Shown: positions 11,067-20,106 of the stretch, one piece after another | Position numbering within the stretch: position 1 is the stretch's first letter | How the letters are laid out: each line of letters opens with the position of its first letter | Made by a program: the position numbers and the translations under genes | The notes under the pieces: model-generated | The model's input: only the letters and a program-made list of their open reading frames with translations | Told to the model about the DNA's origin: nothing | The model's database searches: none | From: an uncultured Gammaproteobacteria bacterium | GTDB taxonomy: Bacteria; Patescibacteriota; Microgenomatia; Levybacterales; UBA12049 | Direction of reading: 5' to 3' | DNA length: 64,000 nt | Assembly: GCA_964653195.1 (NCBI GenBank) | Contig: CAZZCX010000002.1 | Location: 10,921 to 74,920 of the forward strand

Positions 11067-13364
11067 TTAAATTAAACTAGCGAAAAAAATTATCTTATGA
11101 CTTCCGGCTGGTACAAAAATACCCCTGAAATTATAATTTGTTCTATAAATGAAAGTATTTTCTCCATCAATTTGCGCTTTCCATGAAGGATAGTAACTAT
11201 CCATTAAGACCAAAAAACCACTGTATTTATTGGTAGTTTCGATTACTATCTTATTTTCGCGGTATTGCTTTATACTTGCAACACCAATACCTAAATTACT
11301 ATTTGTTACTAAAGCATATTCCGAGGGTAATCCTTCTACAATAGCAACAGATCTCAAATTAGGCTTTTGATTAAAGAGTAGATCTATTGCATGATTTTTA
11401 TCTTTTGCAAAATGTGTGCTGCTTACGAAAAACACCTTAGGAAAAACTTCTAAATTTTCATAAATTCTTGTTTCACCTTCTTGAAATACTTTTTTTAAAG
11501 AACTATCGTTAATGTCATTAAGCGTTAGAAAATATTTAACTCCAATTAGATCTATGATATGTGAAGTATATGTTTTTGGTGAAATAATACGATTGAAGCC
11601 AAAAGGAGGACTTATATCAGGTGCTCCTCTTTCCGAAGCAGTAATCAGCTCACCGTAACGCCTTAGATACATTGGGTCGTATCCTTCAATACTTGGAATC
11701 TTATAAATAATTGAAAAATTAGGAGGAAAAATACGATTATCAAGAGACATTATTCTAGAATAACCTATATTTTTTTGTAAAAAAGTTATTGACTCTGTGG
11801 ATGGGAAGAGAAAATTCGAATCTGTAAATGGTGTAAATTTGTTGTAGAACCGGAGAAGATCAAAGAATGTAATACCTATCAATAGAACCATAATATATTC
11901 TTTTTTTATCTTCAGAAATCGTGGCGCCATTAAGGAGAACACACAGGCAATATATAAAACAGATGGAATGAAAGTATTTCTCAATGCAACTTTCATTGAT
12001 TCCGTAGAATACACCTCAGTATTACCACCAATAAATATCAACATATAAACTAACCCAATTAAAATACCGAATATCCCAATACTATAAAAGATTCTCTTCT
12101 TGTCCATTAGATAATAATCCGCACCTAAACCCGCTAGTATGGCTAATGAAAAACAGGAAATTGAAATCAAACGCGTAGGCTGTGCTGTAGAAAAAAAAGG
12201 AATAGATAATAGGAATGGAATCTTTGCGAATAAAGTTGGAAAAGCAAAAATAAGAGAAAGAAAGAAAAGTGATCCGAAAAAAAATGTTTTTTTATCATAT
12301 CGAAAAAAAATAGCATATACAGACAATATAATCGGTAGCAAACCTATATAACCGACGAATTCGCCATAATTCCATTCTCCCCAATAATTCAATGTGGAAG
12401 GATTACCAAAAAAATCAGGCACTATAAACTGAATAAAATGTTGCCATGGTATAAACCAACCCGCTTTGTACCAATCGATATCAACACTTCTAGCTGATAA
12501 ACTAATAAATTCGAATATAGAGAACCATTGGAAAGCAGAGAAAATAAAGAAAAACGAATATAGAATAACGAATATAGAAATTAATCGTTTTTTCTTACTT
12601 TGCTGATATAATCTGGCTCCCAAGTATGCAATTTGAACAATAAAAACGTAGAAAAACGTCTGTAAGTGTCCTGCGAAAAATGACGATAAAAGAGCGAAAA
12701 GAAATGAGAGCGCCCATGCTTTATAACCTTTTAAATTCACTCGGAATTCTGAATAAGATAATTCTATGTGTGAATTATGAATATAATTAAAAATAACTTT
12801 ATCTATACTTAATAGAATTAACGGTAACCATAACCACACATGTACTATGGTATTCCACTCCAGCCATGCTACAGCAAATCCTGAAAGTGCAAATGAAAGA
12901 GCAGACAAAACGCTCGCATAGCGATGCAATTTAAGACTTGAAACATAAAAATACATGAAGATGAATGCTAAAACAATCTGCAGCAAAACCTGAAGACTCC
13001 AAGCATATGAAGTAGGAAAAATATAAAAAAGCAAATTTAGAGGATAAAATACTGCATGCTGCAAGTTCCCCATAAGCGGGGTACCCGCAAAATTATAAGG
13101 GTTCCAAATAGGCAATTCCCACTTTTTTAATGAATCTAATGCCAGTAACCTCCATGGATATTGTTGACGAACAGGATCAGTAATTAGAAAATTTTTAAAA
13201 GGAATTCCGCGTGGATAACTGGAAGCATAAAAATCTCTATAAGGGTGATATAAACCAACTATTGTATCTGACGGAATAGGCAATTTACCCGTAAATAGCG
13301 AGGAAAAAGTAATTAAAGTAAGAATAAAAATTAGCAAAACTGGAAACAACTTATCTTTCGTCAT
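11067..13364 (-). CDS. YfhO-family membrane protein (GT-C fold)
   Basis: LPIWNPYNFAGTPL, FYPLN, GYDP, C-terminal LVLMDSYYPSWKAQIDG...NYNFRGIFVPAGSHKI. Confidence 0.85.
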   Translation of the reverse strand: MTKDKLFPVLLIFILTLITFSSLFTGKLPIPSDTIVGLYHPYRDFYASSYPRGIPFKNFLITDPVRQQYPWRLLALDSLKKWELPIWNPYNFAGTPLMGNLQHAVFYPLNLLFYIFPTSYAWSLQVLLQIVLAFIFMYFYVSSLKLHRYASVLSALSFALSGFAVAWLEWNTIVHVWLWLPLILLSIDKVIFNYIHNSHIELSYSEFRVNLKGYKAWALSFLFALLSSFFAGHLQTFFYVFIVQIAYLGARLYQQSKKKRLISIFVILYSFFFIFSAFQWFSIFEFISLSARSVDIDWYKAGWFIPWQHFIQFIVPDFFGNPSTLNYWGEWNYGEFVGYIGLLPIILSVYAIFFRYDKKTFFFGSLFFLSLIFAFPTLFAKIPFLLSIPFFSTAQPTRLISISCFSLAILAGLGADYYLMDKKRIFYSIGIFGILIGLVYMLIFIGGNTEVYSTESMKVALRNTFIPSVLYIACVFSLMAPRFLKIKKEYIMVLLIGITFFDLLRFYNKFTPFTDSNFLFPSTESITFLQKNIGYSRIMSLDNRIFPPNFSIIYKIPSIEGYDPMYLRRYGELITASERGAPDISPPFGFNRIISPKTYTSHIIDLIGVKYFLTLNDINDSSLKKVFQEGETRIYENLEVFPKVFFVSSTHFAKDKNHAIDLLFNQKPNLRSVAIVEGLPSEYALVTNSNLGIGVASIKQYRENKIVIETTNKYSGFLVLMDSYYPSWKAQIDGENTFIYRTNYNFRGIFVPAGSHKIIFFASLI

Positions 13365-14437
13365 GTTAAATTAGAGGTTATTTTCTTACAAAATTCCATC
13401 TCTGAAAATATTTTTGAATCATGTATAGATTGGCTTGATATCTTTGCTAGTAATTCACTATTGCCGATGAGTGATAGAGTTTTTTCAATTAAATCTTTCT
13501 CTGTATCCCACAAGTATCCATTTTTACCTTCAGTCACTATTTCCCTCTGTCCACCAGCATTTATCACTACAGGCACAACTCCTGCGCCCATTGCCTCAAC
13601 AGTAGATATCCCAAAATGCTCTGCGCGATCGGGATGTAGCCGAAGATCTTCACCAAACCCAGACGCATGCCAGTAAATTTTAGACTGACTGTAATTTTTC
13701 CAAAGAGTTTTATTATCAGGGTTTACTATCAATTTTATTGGATAATCTTTAAGCTTGGATTGTAAATAATCCAGTTGTTTCACATCCTTATCAAGTAGGC
13801 TCACTATCACTCTGAAAGACCAATCTTTAAGACCATCATCAATCATTTTCTTAAATACTTCTATCAAAACTTCTTGTTTTTTGTAACTGGAACCTTGGTT
13901 GTTTACTCCAAATCTTCCTACATTAAGTATAAAATTTTCTTTTTCACTTATAAATAACTTATTGGGGATACTCACTGGAGGATAAATTACCTTACTTTTT
14001 ACTGAAAAATTTCGATCTATATATTTTTTAGTATATTCAGAATTGCATATTATTTGACTTACTTTTTTTAATTTTATTTTTGTTTTTATTGCCTTACCGT
14101 CTACCCACTCTACGGGTGTTTGGAAATGAAGTACTAACTTACTTAATACTGTAGGTATACTACCATCACTCAAAAATATTATCTGATCATATTTACTGCT
14201 TTTAAGTAGTCTAGAAAAAAACGTTGTGTTTTTTGAAAAGATATTTTCCTCAAAATTAATTTTTGATAAATCAATTCCAAACTTTTTTTGTGCATTTGCC
14301 TTTATATGTGATACTTTATCATTATCCCAAAACAATGAAACTTCATGCTGATTGGCTAAACATATAGCTGCGGATAGAATATACTTCTCGCCTCCAGCTA
14401 AAGTATCTAAATAAGGATCAAATATACCTATTTTCAT
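13361..14437 (-). CDS. GT4 (GT-B) glycosyltransferase
   Basis: GGEKY, CNSEYT, EHFGISTVEAMGAG..PVV...GG..EIV. Confidence 0.9.
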   Translation of the reverse strand: MKIGIFDPYLDTLAGGEKYILSAAICLANQHEVSLFWDNDKVSHIKANAQKKFGIDLSKINFEENIFSKNTTFFSRLLKSSKYDQIIFLSDGSIPTVLSKLVLHFQTPVEWVDGKAIKTKIKLKKVSQIICNSEYTKKYIDRNFSVKSKVIYPPVSIPNKLFISEKENFILNVGRFGVNNQGSSYKKQEVLIEVFKKMIDDGLKDWSFRVIVSLLDKDVKQLDYLQSKLKDYPIKLIVNPDNKTLWKNYSQSKIYWHASGFGEDLRLHPDRAEHFGISTVEAMGAGVVPVVINAGGQREIVTEGKNGYLWDTEKDLIEKTLSLIGNSELLAKISSQSIHDSKIFSEMEFCKKITSNLT

Positions 14438-14473
14438 AATACAGCTTACTAATTTTAGCAGTTTTTAGAACTC

Positions 14474-14502
14474 TTGCATACGAATGTAAGGCCTGGTATG
14501 AT
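14474..14502 (+). promoter_or_regulatory. Sigma70-type promoter giving a leaderless transcript for the 14509 ORF
   Basis: TTGCAT (14474-79), 17 bp spacer, TGnTATGAT (-10 at 14497-502), ATG 6 nt downstream. Confidence 0.6.
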
Positions 14503-14508
14503 AATCCC

Positions 14509-14757
14509 ATGGAAGCTATATCACCGCAAATTATTGCTGCACTTATTTTCATAACTACATGGCAGCTTTTCTGGAAAGGTGTAGCATTATGGAAAGCAGC
14601 ACTTAGTCATCAAAAAAAGTGGTTTATTGCTCTGGTTATACTAATTCCGCTTAATGATTTGGCAATAATTCCAATAGTTTATTTATTCTTTTTCGCGAAA
14701 CATCCCCTAACTTTACATGAAATTACGAAATGGTTTTCGAAAAAACACCATACTTAA
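14509..14757 (+). CDS. Small membrane protein, DUF5652-like
   Basis: WQLFWKGVALWKAA..QKKWFIAL...N.LAIIPIVYLFF pattern. Confidence 0.75.
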   Translation: MEAISPQIIAALIFITTWQLFWKGVALWKAALSHQKKWFIALVILIPLNDLAIIPIVYLFFFAKHPLTLHEITKWFSKKHHT

Positions 14758-14774
14758 TTATTTGCATTACTAAA

Positions 14775-15209
14775 ATGAAAATAGCTGTAATATGCAGCCT
14801 CACTTTCTCCAAAGAAGCAGGTTTGATAAAAAATAAACTAGAAGAAAAAGGTCATCATGTTAGCTTACCATACTCTGTAGAGCGTGTACTTCAAGGTGAG
14901 ATGACAGTAGAAGGCATTGAATCAATGAAGAAAGATGGAAGTTTTAATTCATATGTAATAAGTAACGATTTAATTAGATGGAATTGGGAAAGAATGAAAA
15001 AAGATGAAGCAGTTTTAGTAGTGAATCTTGAAAAAAAAGGAATTAAAGGCTATATAGGTGGGAATACGTTTCTAGAAATTGGTCTTGCTTATATAAATAA
15101 TATGAAAATTTTTCTATGGAATGATATTCCAAATATTGAATATTTCAAAGACGAACTGACATCGATGTCACCAATTATATTAAATGAGAAAGTTGACCTC
15201 ATCTCGTAA
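14775..15209 (+). CDS. Hypothetical protein with nucleoside 2-deoxyribosyltransferase-like (flavodoxin-like) fold
   Basis: MKIAVICSLTF...DEAVLVVN...GYIGGNTFLEIGLA...KIFL; start moved to ATG 14775 because the track start 14730 overlaps the upstream gene. Confidence 0.6.
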   Translation: MKIAVICSLTFSKEAGLIKNKLEEKGHHVSLPYSVERVLQGEMTVEGIESMKKDGSFNSYVISNDLIRWNWERMKKDEAVLVVNLEKKGIKGYIGGNTFLEIGLAYINNMKIFLWNDIPNIEYFKDELTSMSPIILNEKVDLIS

Positions 15210-15218
15210 GAATACGAT

Positions 15219-15273
15219 ATGGTTAATGGTTAATGGTTAATGGTTAATGGTTAATGGTTAATGGTTAATGGTT
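15219..15273. repeat. Heptamer tandem repeat (ATGGTTA)x7 plus a partial unit
   Basis: Seven perfect copies plus ATGGTT, read directly; includes the stop codon of the 15265 gene. Confidence 0.97.
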
Positions 15274-16020
15274 TCTTTTCTGCTGCATCTCCCAAAGTCT
15301 GGCATAGGTCACAAACATACTAAAAGCCTGGTAAGTACTTTCGATAATTCCTACAGTACCAGCTTTATAGCCTTTTTGATTTATGTAAGAATTATAAAAA
15401 GCAGTTAGCATAACTCGTGGAATTCTCCACCATGTAACTTTCGGGTGATGTGAATCAAATCTAAGTTTGGCTTCTATCCTTGACCATTCGATTGTTTTTT
15501 TGAGCATAGAAGTTAAATCGCGATGTGTGTAATGCAATAAAAATCCCTCATCAATGTTCTTTATTTGACCATCTACCTCAGGTGTCTCATGCAGTTCTCC
15601 ACGCCAATTTTTCAAGTACTTTTTTACAAAAAGTCTCTCCAATTTTTCAATCTGTGGCCATTCGTTTTTCCCAAAATAATAATTTTTCCTTTTCAGTCTA
15701 TAGCCTGCTATTGTTTTATCCGCAACTTTTATTATATTTAATATACTTTCACGTAAAATAGTACTTACTCTTTCGTCTGCATCAACATATAATATCCATT
15801 CATTTTTAACTTTAGACAGTCCAAAGTTACGTAAAAAAGCAAAGCTTAATTCATTTACTAAATAAACTTTTGCGTTCATACTTTTTGCAATATCAGCGGT
15901 CATATCATTTGAATCATTGTCTATAACAATAATTTCGTCACAAAAAGAAACAGACTCGATACAATCTGCTATCATATTTTCTTCATTTTTTGCTAGTATT
16001 ACAGCAGATATTTTATTCAT
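15265..16020 (-). CDS. GT2 glycosyltransferase (WaaE/KdtX-like)
   Basis: ILAKNEE, IDNDSND, ILYVDADERVS, GELHE. Confidence 0.9.
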   Translation of the reverse strand: MNKISAVILAKNEENMIADCIESVSFCDEIIVIDNDSNDMTADIAKSMNAKVYLVNELSFAFLRNFGLSKVKNEWILYVDADERVSTILRESILNIIKVADKTIAGYRLKRKNYYFGKNEWPQIEKLERLFVKKYLKNWRGELHETPEVDGQIKNIDEGFLLHYTHRDLTSMLKKTIEWSRIEAKLRFDSHHPKVTWWRIPRVMLTAFYNSYINQKGYKAGTVGIIESTYQAFSMFVTYARLWEMQQKRNH

Positions 16021-16042
16021 AAAGATATATACAAATTAAATA

Positions 16043-16987
16043 CTAATTTCTAAAAGATCCTTTACCAAATCGTTTTAGATAAAAATCTCTGACACCTATT
16101 TTTTGCCAATTCCTGCCTTTAATTATAAAACTCAAACTCTCCCTAAATAGAGCAATCTTTGTTCTGATTGGTGCATATTTAAAACCAAATAACAACCTAT
16201 TTCTCGAAATATAGTAATCTTGAAGGAGAGATCCAGATCCTCCGCTTGAACCAGCATTCTTATGCCAAAGGATCGCTTTAGGAGCGTAAATTACTTTAAA
16301 ACCATTTTCTTTAATGCGCATTGTAAAATCAGAATCTTCATAATACAGAAAATATCGTTCATCAAAATAACCTGATTTTAGAAATACCTTCGAATTAATC
16401 AACATACAACAACCTGTTGCAAGTTCTGATTCTTCAGTTGAGTCAAATTGACCTTTATCTATTTCATCTACCCCTCGATTTTTCCCCACTATATTGGCCC
16501 AATCCATAAATCCCCCTGCAAACCACAAAATATTACCAAGATCTTTTTCGCTATATTTCTCTCTATGAAATTCAAATCCTCTTTCAAAATATATCTTGGG
16601 TACTATAATTCCTGCATTTTTGTTTAACTCAGCCTCTTCAAGTAAATTCTTTAGTAGTTTATTATCTAATATAGTATCGTTATTAAGTATCAATATATAA
16701 TCAGCACCTTTTGTTAAAGCATATTTTATAGCTATGTTATGACCTGCAGCAAATCCAAGATTGTCGTTATTTCGAATTATTTGCAATTTAAAATTAAAAA
16801 TCGAATCGTAAGGTATAGTAAAAGGCTTGTCTGATGCATTATCAATAACAATTACATCTAAATCAGCGTTTATCTTCTGAAGCTTGTCGAGGGATTGGAG
16901 GCAGGAAATAGTATCTGTATCGTTATTGAAAGTTATAATTGATACAAAAATCTTTAACATATTAGGTATTTTTGATCTTTTTATCAA
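16043..16987 (-). CDS. GT2 glycosyltransferase
   Basis: NLGFAAGHN, LNNDT, ATGCCML, FDERYFLYYEDSD; likely start near MLKIFVS. Confidence 0.9.
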   Translation of the reverse strand: MIKRSKIPNMLKIFVSIITFNNDTDTISCLQSLDKLQKINADLDVIVIDNASDKPFTIPYDSIFNFKLQIIRNNDNLGFAAGHNIAIKYALTKGADYILILNNDTILDNKLLKNLLEEAELNKNAGIIVPKIYFERGFEFHREKYSEKDLGNILWFAGGFMDWANIVGKNRGVDEIDKGQFDSTEESELATGCCMLINSKVFLKSGYFDERYFLYYEDSDFTMRIKENGFKVIYAPKAILWHKNAGSSGGSGSLLQDYYISRNRLLFGFKYAPIRTKIALFRESLSFIIKGRNWQKIGVRDFYLKRFGKGSFRN

Positions 16988-17909
16988 CTTTCCTTCTTAA
17001 CATTCGGTAATAAATAATTTTTCCAATGTTTTTTGTATTTTCTATATGAGCAGATAATGCCCAGAAACGGAATTCAGCAGCTGACTTACTTGATTCTTTC
17101 AAAAATTCATTTATAAAATTTTCATTATTATAGTCAGTGAAACCCTTCTTCTCCCAAACCTTAATGAATACTATTTCAGCATAAAATGCTTGTAAAATGC
17201 TTAAAACCAAGCCATGTAAACCGTCTTTATAGCCACTTTGGAAAAAAAATGTTTTAAGGAAATCTTGTACAGGCATTCTTATAGCTTCATACCATGCTAA
17301 ATCTCTGTTAGATTTTAGAATCTTATTAGCTTCATTTTCAGTATAAATGCTGTCTACCTTATGTATATACTGCGTAATAGAATCGTAATTAAAATGAATC
17401 AGGGGATTTTTCAGCTTATCTGTTGACCCTTTGATTTCTATCATCTCATGCACGTCAATCTCGGGAAACTTGCCTTGGTTTTTCATAAAAAGTCTTAACT
17501 GATAATCCGGCCACCAAATTGAATGTTGAATCCATTTCCCAAAAATTATATTTTTACGAGGAATCCAATAACCATTAGGCAACTCCAAACTATCGTCAGT
17601 AAATCTATTTATAATTTCATCCTTCAATTCTGGACTTACGCGCTCATCAGCATCAAGACTGAATATCCAATCGTATTTCGCTTTTGTAAAACCATAGTTT
17701 TTGCTAATATTTAACATAATATTATTCGGTCTTTTGTAAACTATAGCACCTTTGTTTTGAGCGATTTTTGCAGTTTTGTCTGTTGAAGAATTATCAATCA
17801 CAATCACTTCGTCGGCCCAATTAACAGAACTAAGGCAATCCGCGATTTTTGCTTCTTCATTGTAAGCAGATATTACAACTGAAATAGGTATAGATCTTAA
17901 AGTCTTCAT
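16962..17909 (-). CDS. GT2 glycosyltransferase (WaaE/KdtX-like)
   Basis: ISAYNEE, IDNSSTDKT, SLDADERVS, WWPDYQLRLF, VHE. Confidence 0.9.
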   Translation of the reverse strand: MKTLRSIPISVVISAYNEEAKIADCLSSVNWADEVIVIDNSSTDKTAKIAQNKGAIVYKRPNNIMLNISKNYGFTKAKYDWIFSLDADERVSPELKDEIINRFTDDSLELPNGYWIPRKNIIFGKWIQHSIWWPDYQLRLFMKNQGKFPEIDVHEMIEIKGSTDKLKNPLIHFNYDSITQYIHKVDSIYTENEANKILKSNRDLAWYEAIRMPVQDFLKTFFFQSGYKDGLHGLVLSILQAFYAEIVFIKVWEKKGFTDYNNENFINEFLKESSKSAAEFRFWALSAHIENTKNIGKIIYYRMLRRKVDKKIKNT

Positions 17910-17912
17910 AAT

Positions 17913-19367
17913 TTAATTTTTGCTTCTTTTAAATACCTTCATCCCTTGATAAAGTTCATCTTTTGCTAATAGATAAATACACGTAAAGTAAACTAAGCCT
18001 CCTACGAGTATAACAAACAAAAGGACTATAAGGCTGAGTGGTAATATTCTAAGAAAAGAATATACAAATAAACTCATTATTAATGATGAGACAAGTGGCT
18101 TATATATACTATTAATAAAATTAAAATTAATAATTTTTTTCACAAGATAAACTGTATAGCCAATTGATAAGGTGACAAGAAATGAGGCTAAAGCTACACC
18201 ATTATAGCCAAAATAAACAATAAAGAGTGGGGTAAGTACCCACGTTAAGATTGTCCAAATAACCATGAGATTTAAAGTGACTTTTACCTTACTTTTTGCA
18301 TCTAGAACATTTACTAAAATATTTGAAAGTGAAGAAACGCCAGCATTAAGACTAAAGAAAACGAAGCTTATTACAGCAGGTTCCCACTTATTATTCCATT
18401 TTGGCACTAATGTTATAAGATGCGGAAAAATAAGGATTACTCCAGCTACTGCTGGAAACATAATAAGACTAATATAAAAAAGTGATTTCTCGACTGCTTT
18501 ACCCAAGTAACTCCCGCTTTCCTGCATCCTGGCATAAGTTGAAAAAGTGACTTTCGTAACGCTATCTACTACAAATCGGTAAATCATAAATGACCATTGC
18601 TGCGCAAAGCCTATATAACCTATCTGAGTAAAAGTGAGAAAACGAGTTAAGAATAATGTTAAGAAGTCGTCTTTTATAGTAGCTAAAATGTTTTTTGCCT
18701 GATACTGGGTACCATATTTAAGATGAGATAATGCTTTTCTGGAAATTCCGAAAGAAATTTTCCATGGTCTAATATAATAATATATAGGGATACTTATAAA
18801 AGATGAAATTAAGAAGGCAAAGGTGTAACTATTTAACTCAAAATTTCTAAGCAGTAAAAAAACGAGAATTATATTAAAAGATAATTGTTCTATGATTTGT
18901 GGTATAACCAATCTTTCAAACTTAATATGACGCTCAAGAAGTATGGAAGGTATTATCTTAAAGGATGATAAAAAAATACAAAATACTAAAGTTAATAGTA
19001 GATTCTCAGCCGTCGAGTCTAAATTAAATATATCACTAATTTTCCCCCGGAACAAAAAAACAGTGATAAATACAGTCAACGTTATAAAAAATTGTAGGGT
19101 AAATGTAGTCGTAATATCATCATCTTCAAGCTCACTTTTTTTTTGAACTAAAGCTGCGCCTAACCCGAAGTCTGTAAAAAAACTTATAACTCTTTGCACA
19201 GCAGTAACTACTGTGTATATGCCAAATCCACTTATCGCCAAATACGATGAGACTATGAACTTTGCGCTTAAATTAATAAGTATAAGCAAGAATTGACGTG
19301 AAATTAAAGCAACTATTCCATTTATAGTACGTTTTGTAATGAGATGTAAATCTAATTCATCATCCAT
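17913..19367 (-). CDS. Oligosaccharide flippase (Wzx/PST, MOP superfamily)
   Basis: About 12-14 TM helices; FTDFGLGAALVQKK, IPSILLER, GYNGVALA. Confidence 0.85.
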   Translation of the reverse strand: MDDELDLHLITKRTINGIVALISRQFLLILINLSAKFIVSSYLAISGFGIYTVVTAVQRVISFFTDFGLGAALVQKKSELEDDDITTTFTLQFFITLTVFITVFLFRGKISDIFNLDSTAENLLLTLVFCIFLSSFKIIPSILLERHIKFERLVIPQIIEQLSFNIILVFLLLRNFELNSYTFAFLISSFISIPIYYYIRPWKISFGISRKALSHLKYGTQYQAKNILATIKDDFLTLFLTRFLTFTQIGYIGFAQQWSFMIYRFVVDSVTKVTFSTYARMQESGSYLGKAVEKSLFYISLIMFPAVAGVILIFPHLITLVPKWNNKWEPAVISFVFFSLNAGVSSLSNILVNVLDAKSKVKVTLNLMVIWTILTWVLTPLFIVYFGYNGVALASFLVTLSIGYTVYLVKKIINFNFINSIYKPLVSSLIMSLFVYSFLRILPLSLIVLLFVILVGGLVYFTCIYLLAKDELYQGMKVFKRSKN

Positions 19368-19371
19368 AAAA

Positions 19372-20106
19372 TTATTTTCTGATTACTAACCAAGGTTTAG
19401 TTCTAAGCAATCTAGTCATGACTTTTATATCGCCCCATATAGTAGATATGAGTCTGACGGTTGATCCGGGGTTATCAACCCAATGTACCGGTTCTTCAAA
19501 TATCCTATAACCGCTTTTCTCGGCAAGAATTAGCAATTCCCCATCAAAAAACCAATCATTGTCTTTTACATGCGGTATAAGATTATCAACGACTTTTCTA
19601 TTTACTGCTTTAAATCCACATTGGGCATCTGTAAAACTTGTTCTGAAAAATAGTTGAATGAAGAAAAAATTAAGAGTTCTAGAAGTTAATTCTCTAACCC
19701 ATGTCCTCCCCTCCACCTTAGCCCCCTTGGCTAACCTAGAACCCACCGCTACATCATATCCATTCCTTAATGCAGTTAAAATAATTGGCAAATGGATAAG
19801 ATCGGTAGATAAATCTAAATCCATATATACACAATAGTCTGTTTTTGCATCACTCCATACTCTTTTAACGGCTCTACCTCTACCCTTTTGCTCTAAGCGA
19901 AATAACGAAATGTTTGTGTGCTTTTTAGCTAAAGTTGACGCTATTACCGGCGTATTGTCCATTGATGCGTTATCAGCTATTGTAATATGCCATGAATACC
20001 CGTTCATTTTCTTATTACAGAAATTGAAAAGGGTCATTATATTTGCCTCCAACTCCTTCTCTTCGTTATAAACTGGTATGACAATTTCTACACTAGGATT
20101 TTTCAC
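19372..20106 (-). CDS. GT2, dolichyl/polyprenyl-phosphate glucosyltransferase-like
   Basis: IPVYNEE, IADNASMD, KGRGRAV, YMDLDLSTD, DAQCGFK, WFFDGELL. Confidence 0.9.
   Translation of the reverse strand: MKNPSVEIVIPVYNEEKELEANIMTLFNFCNKKMNGYSWHITIADNASMDNTPVIASTLAKKHTNISLFRLEQKGRGRAVKRVWSDAKTDYCVYMDLDLSTDLIHLPIILTALRNGYDVAVGSRLAKGAKVEGRTWVRELTSRTLNFFFIQLFFRTSFTDAQCGFKAVNRKVVDNLIPHVKDNDWFFDGELLILAEKSGYRIFEEPVHWVDNPGSTVRLISTIWGDIKVMTRLLRTKPWLVIRK

Noticed and set aside
15219-15273. Repeat arrays here and at 60596 considered as CRISPR
   Set aside because: 7-bp units without spacers, and no cas genes in the window
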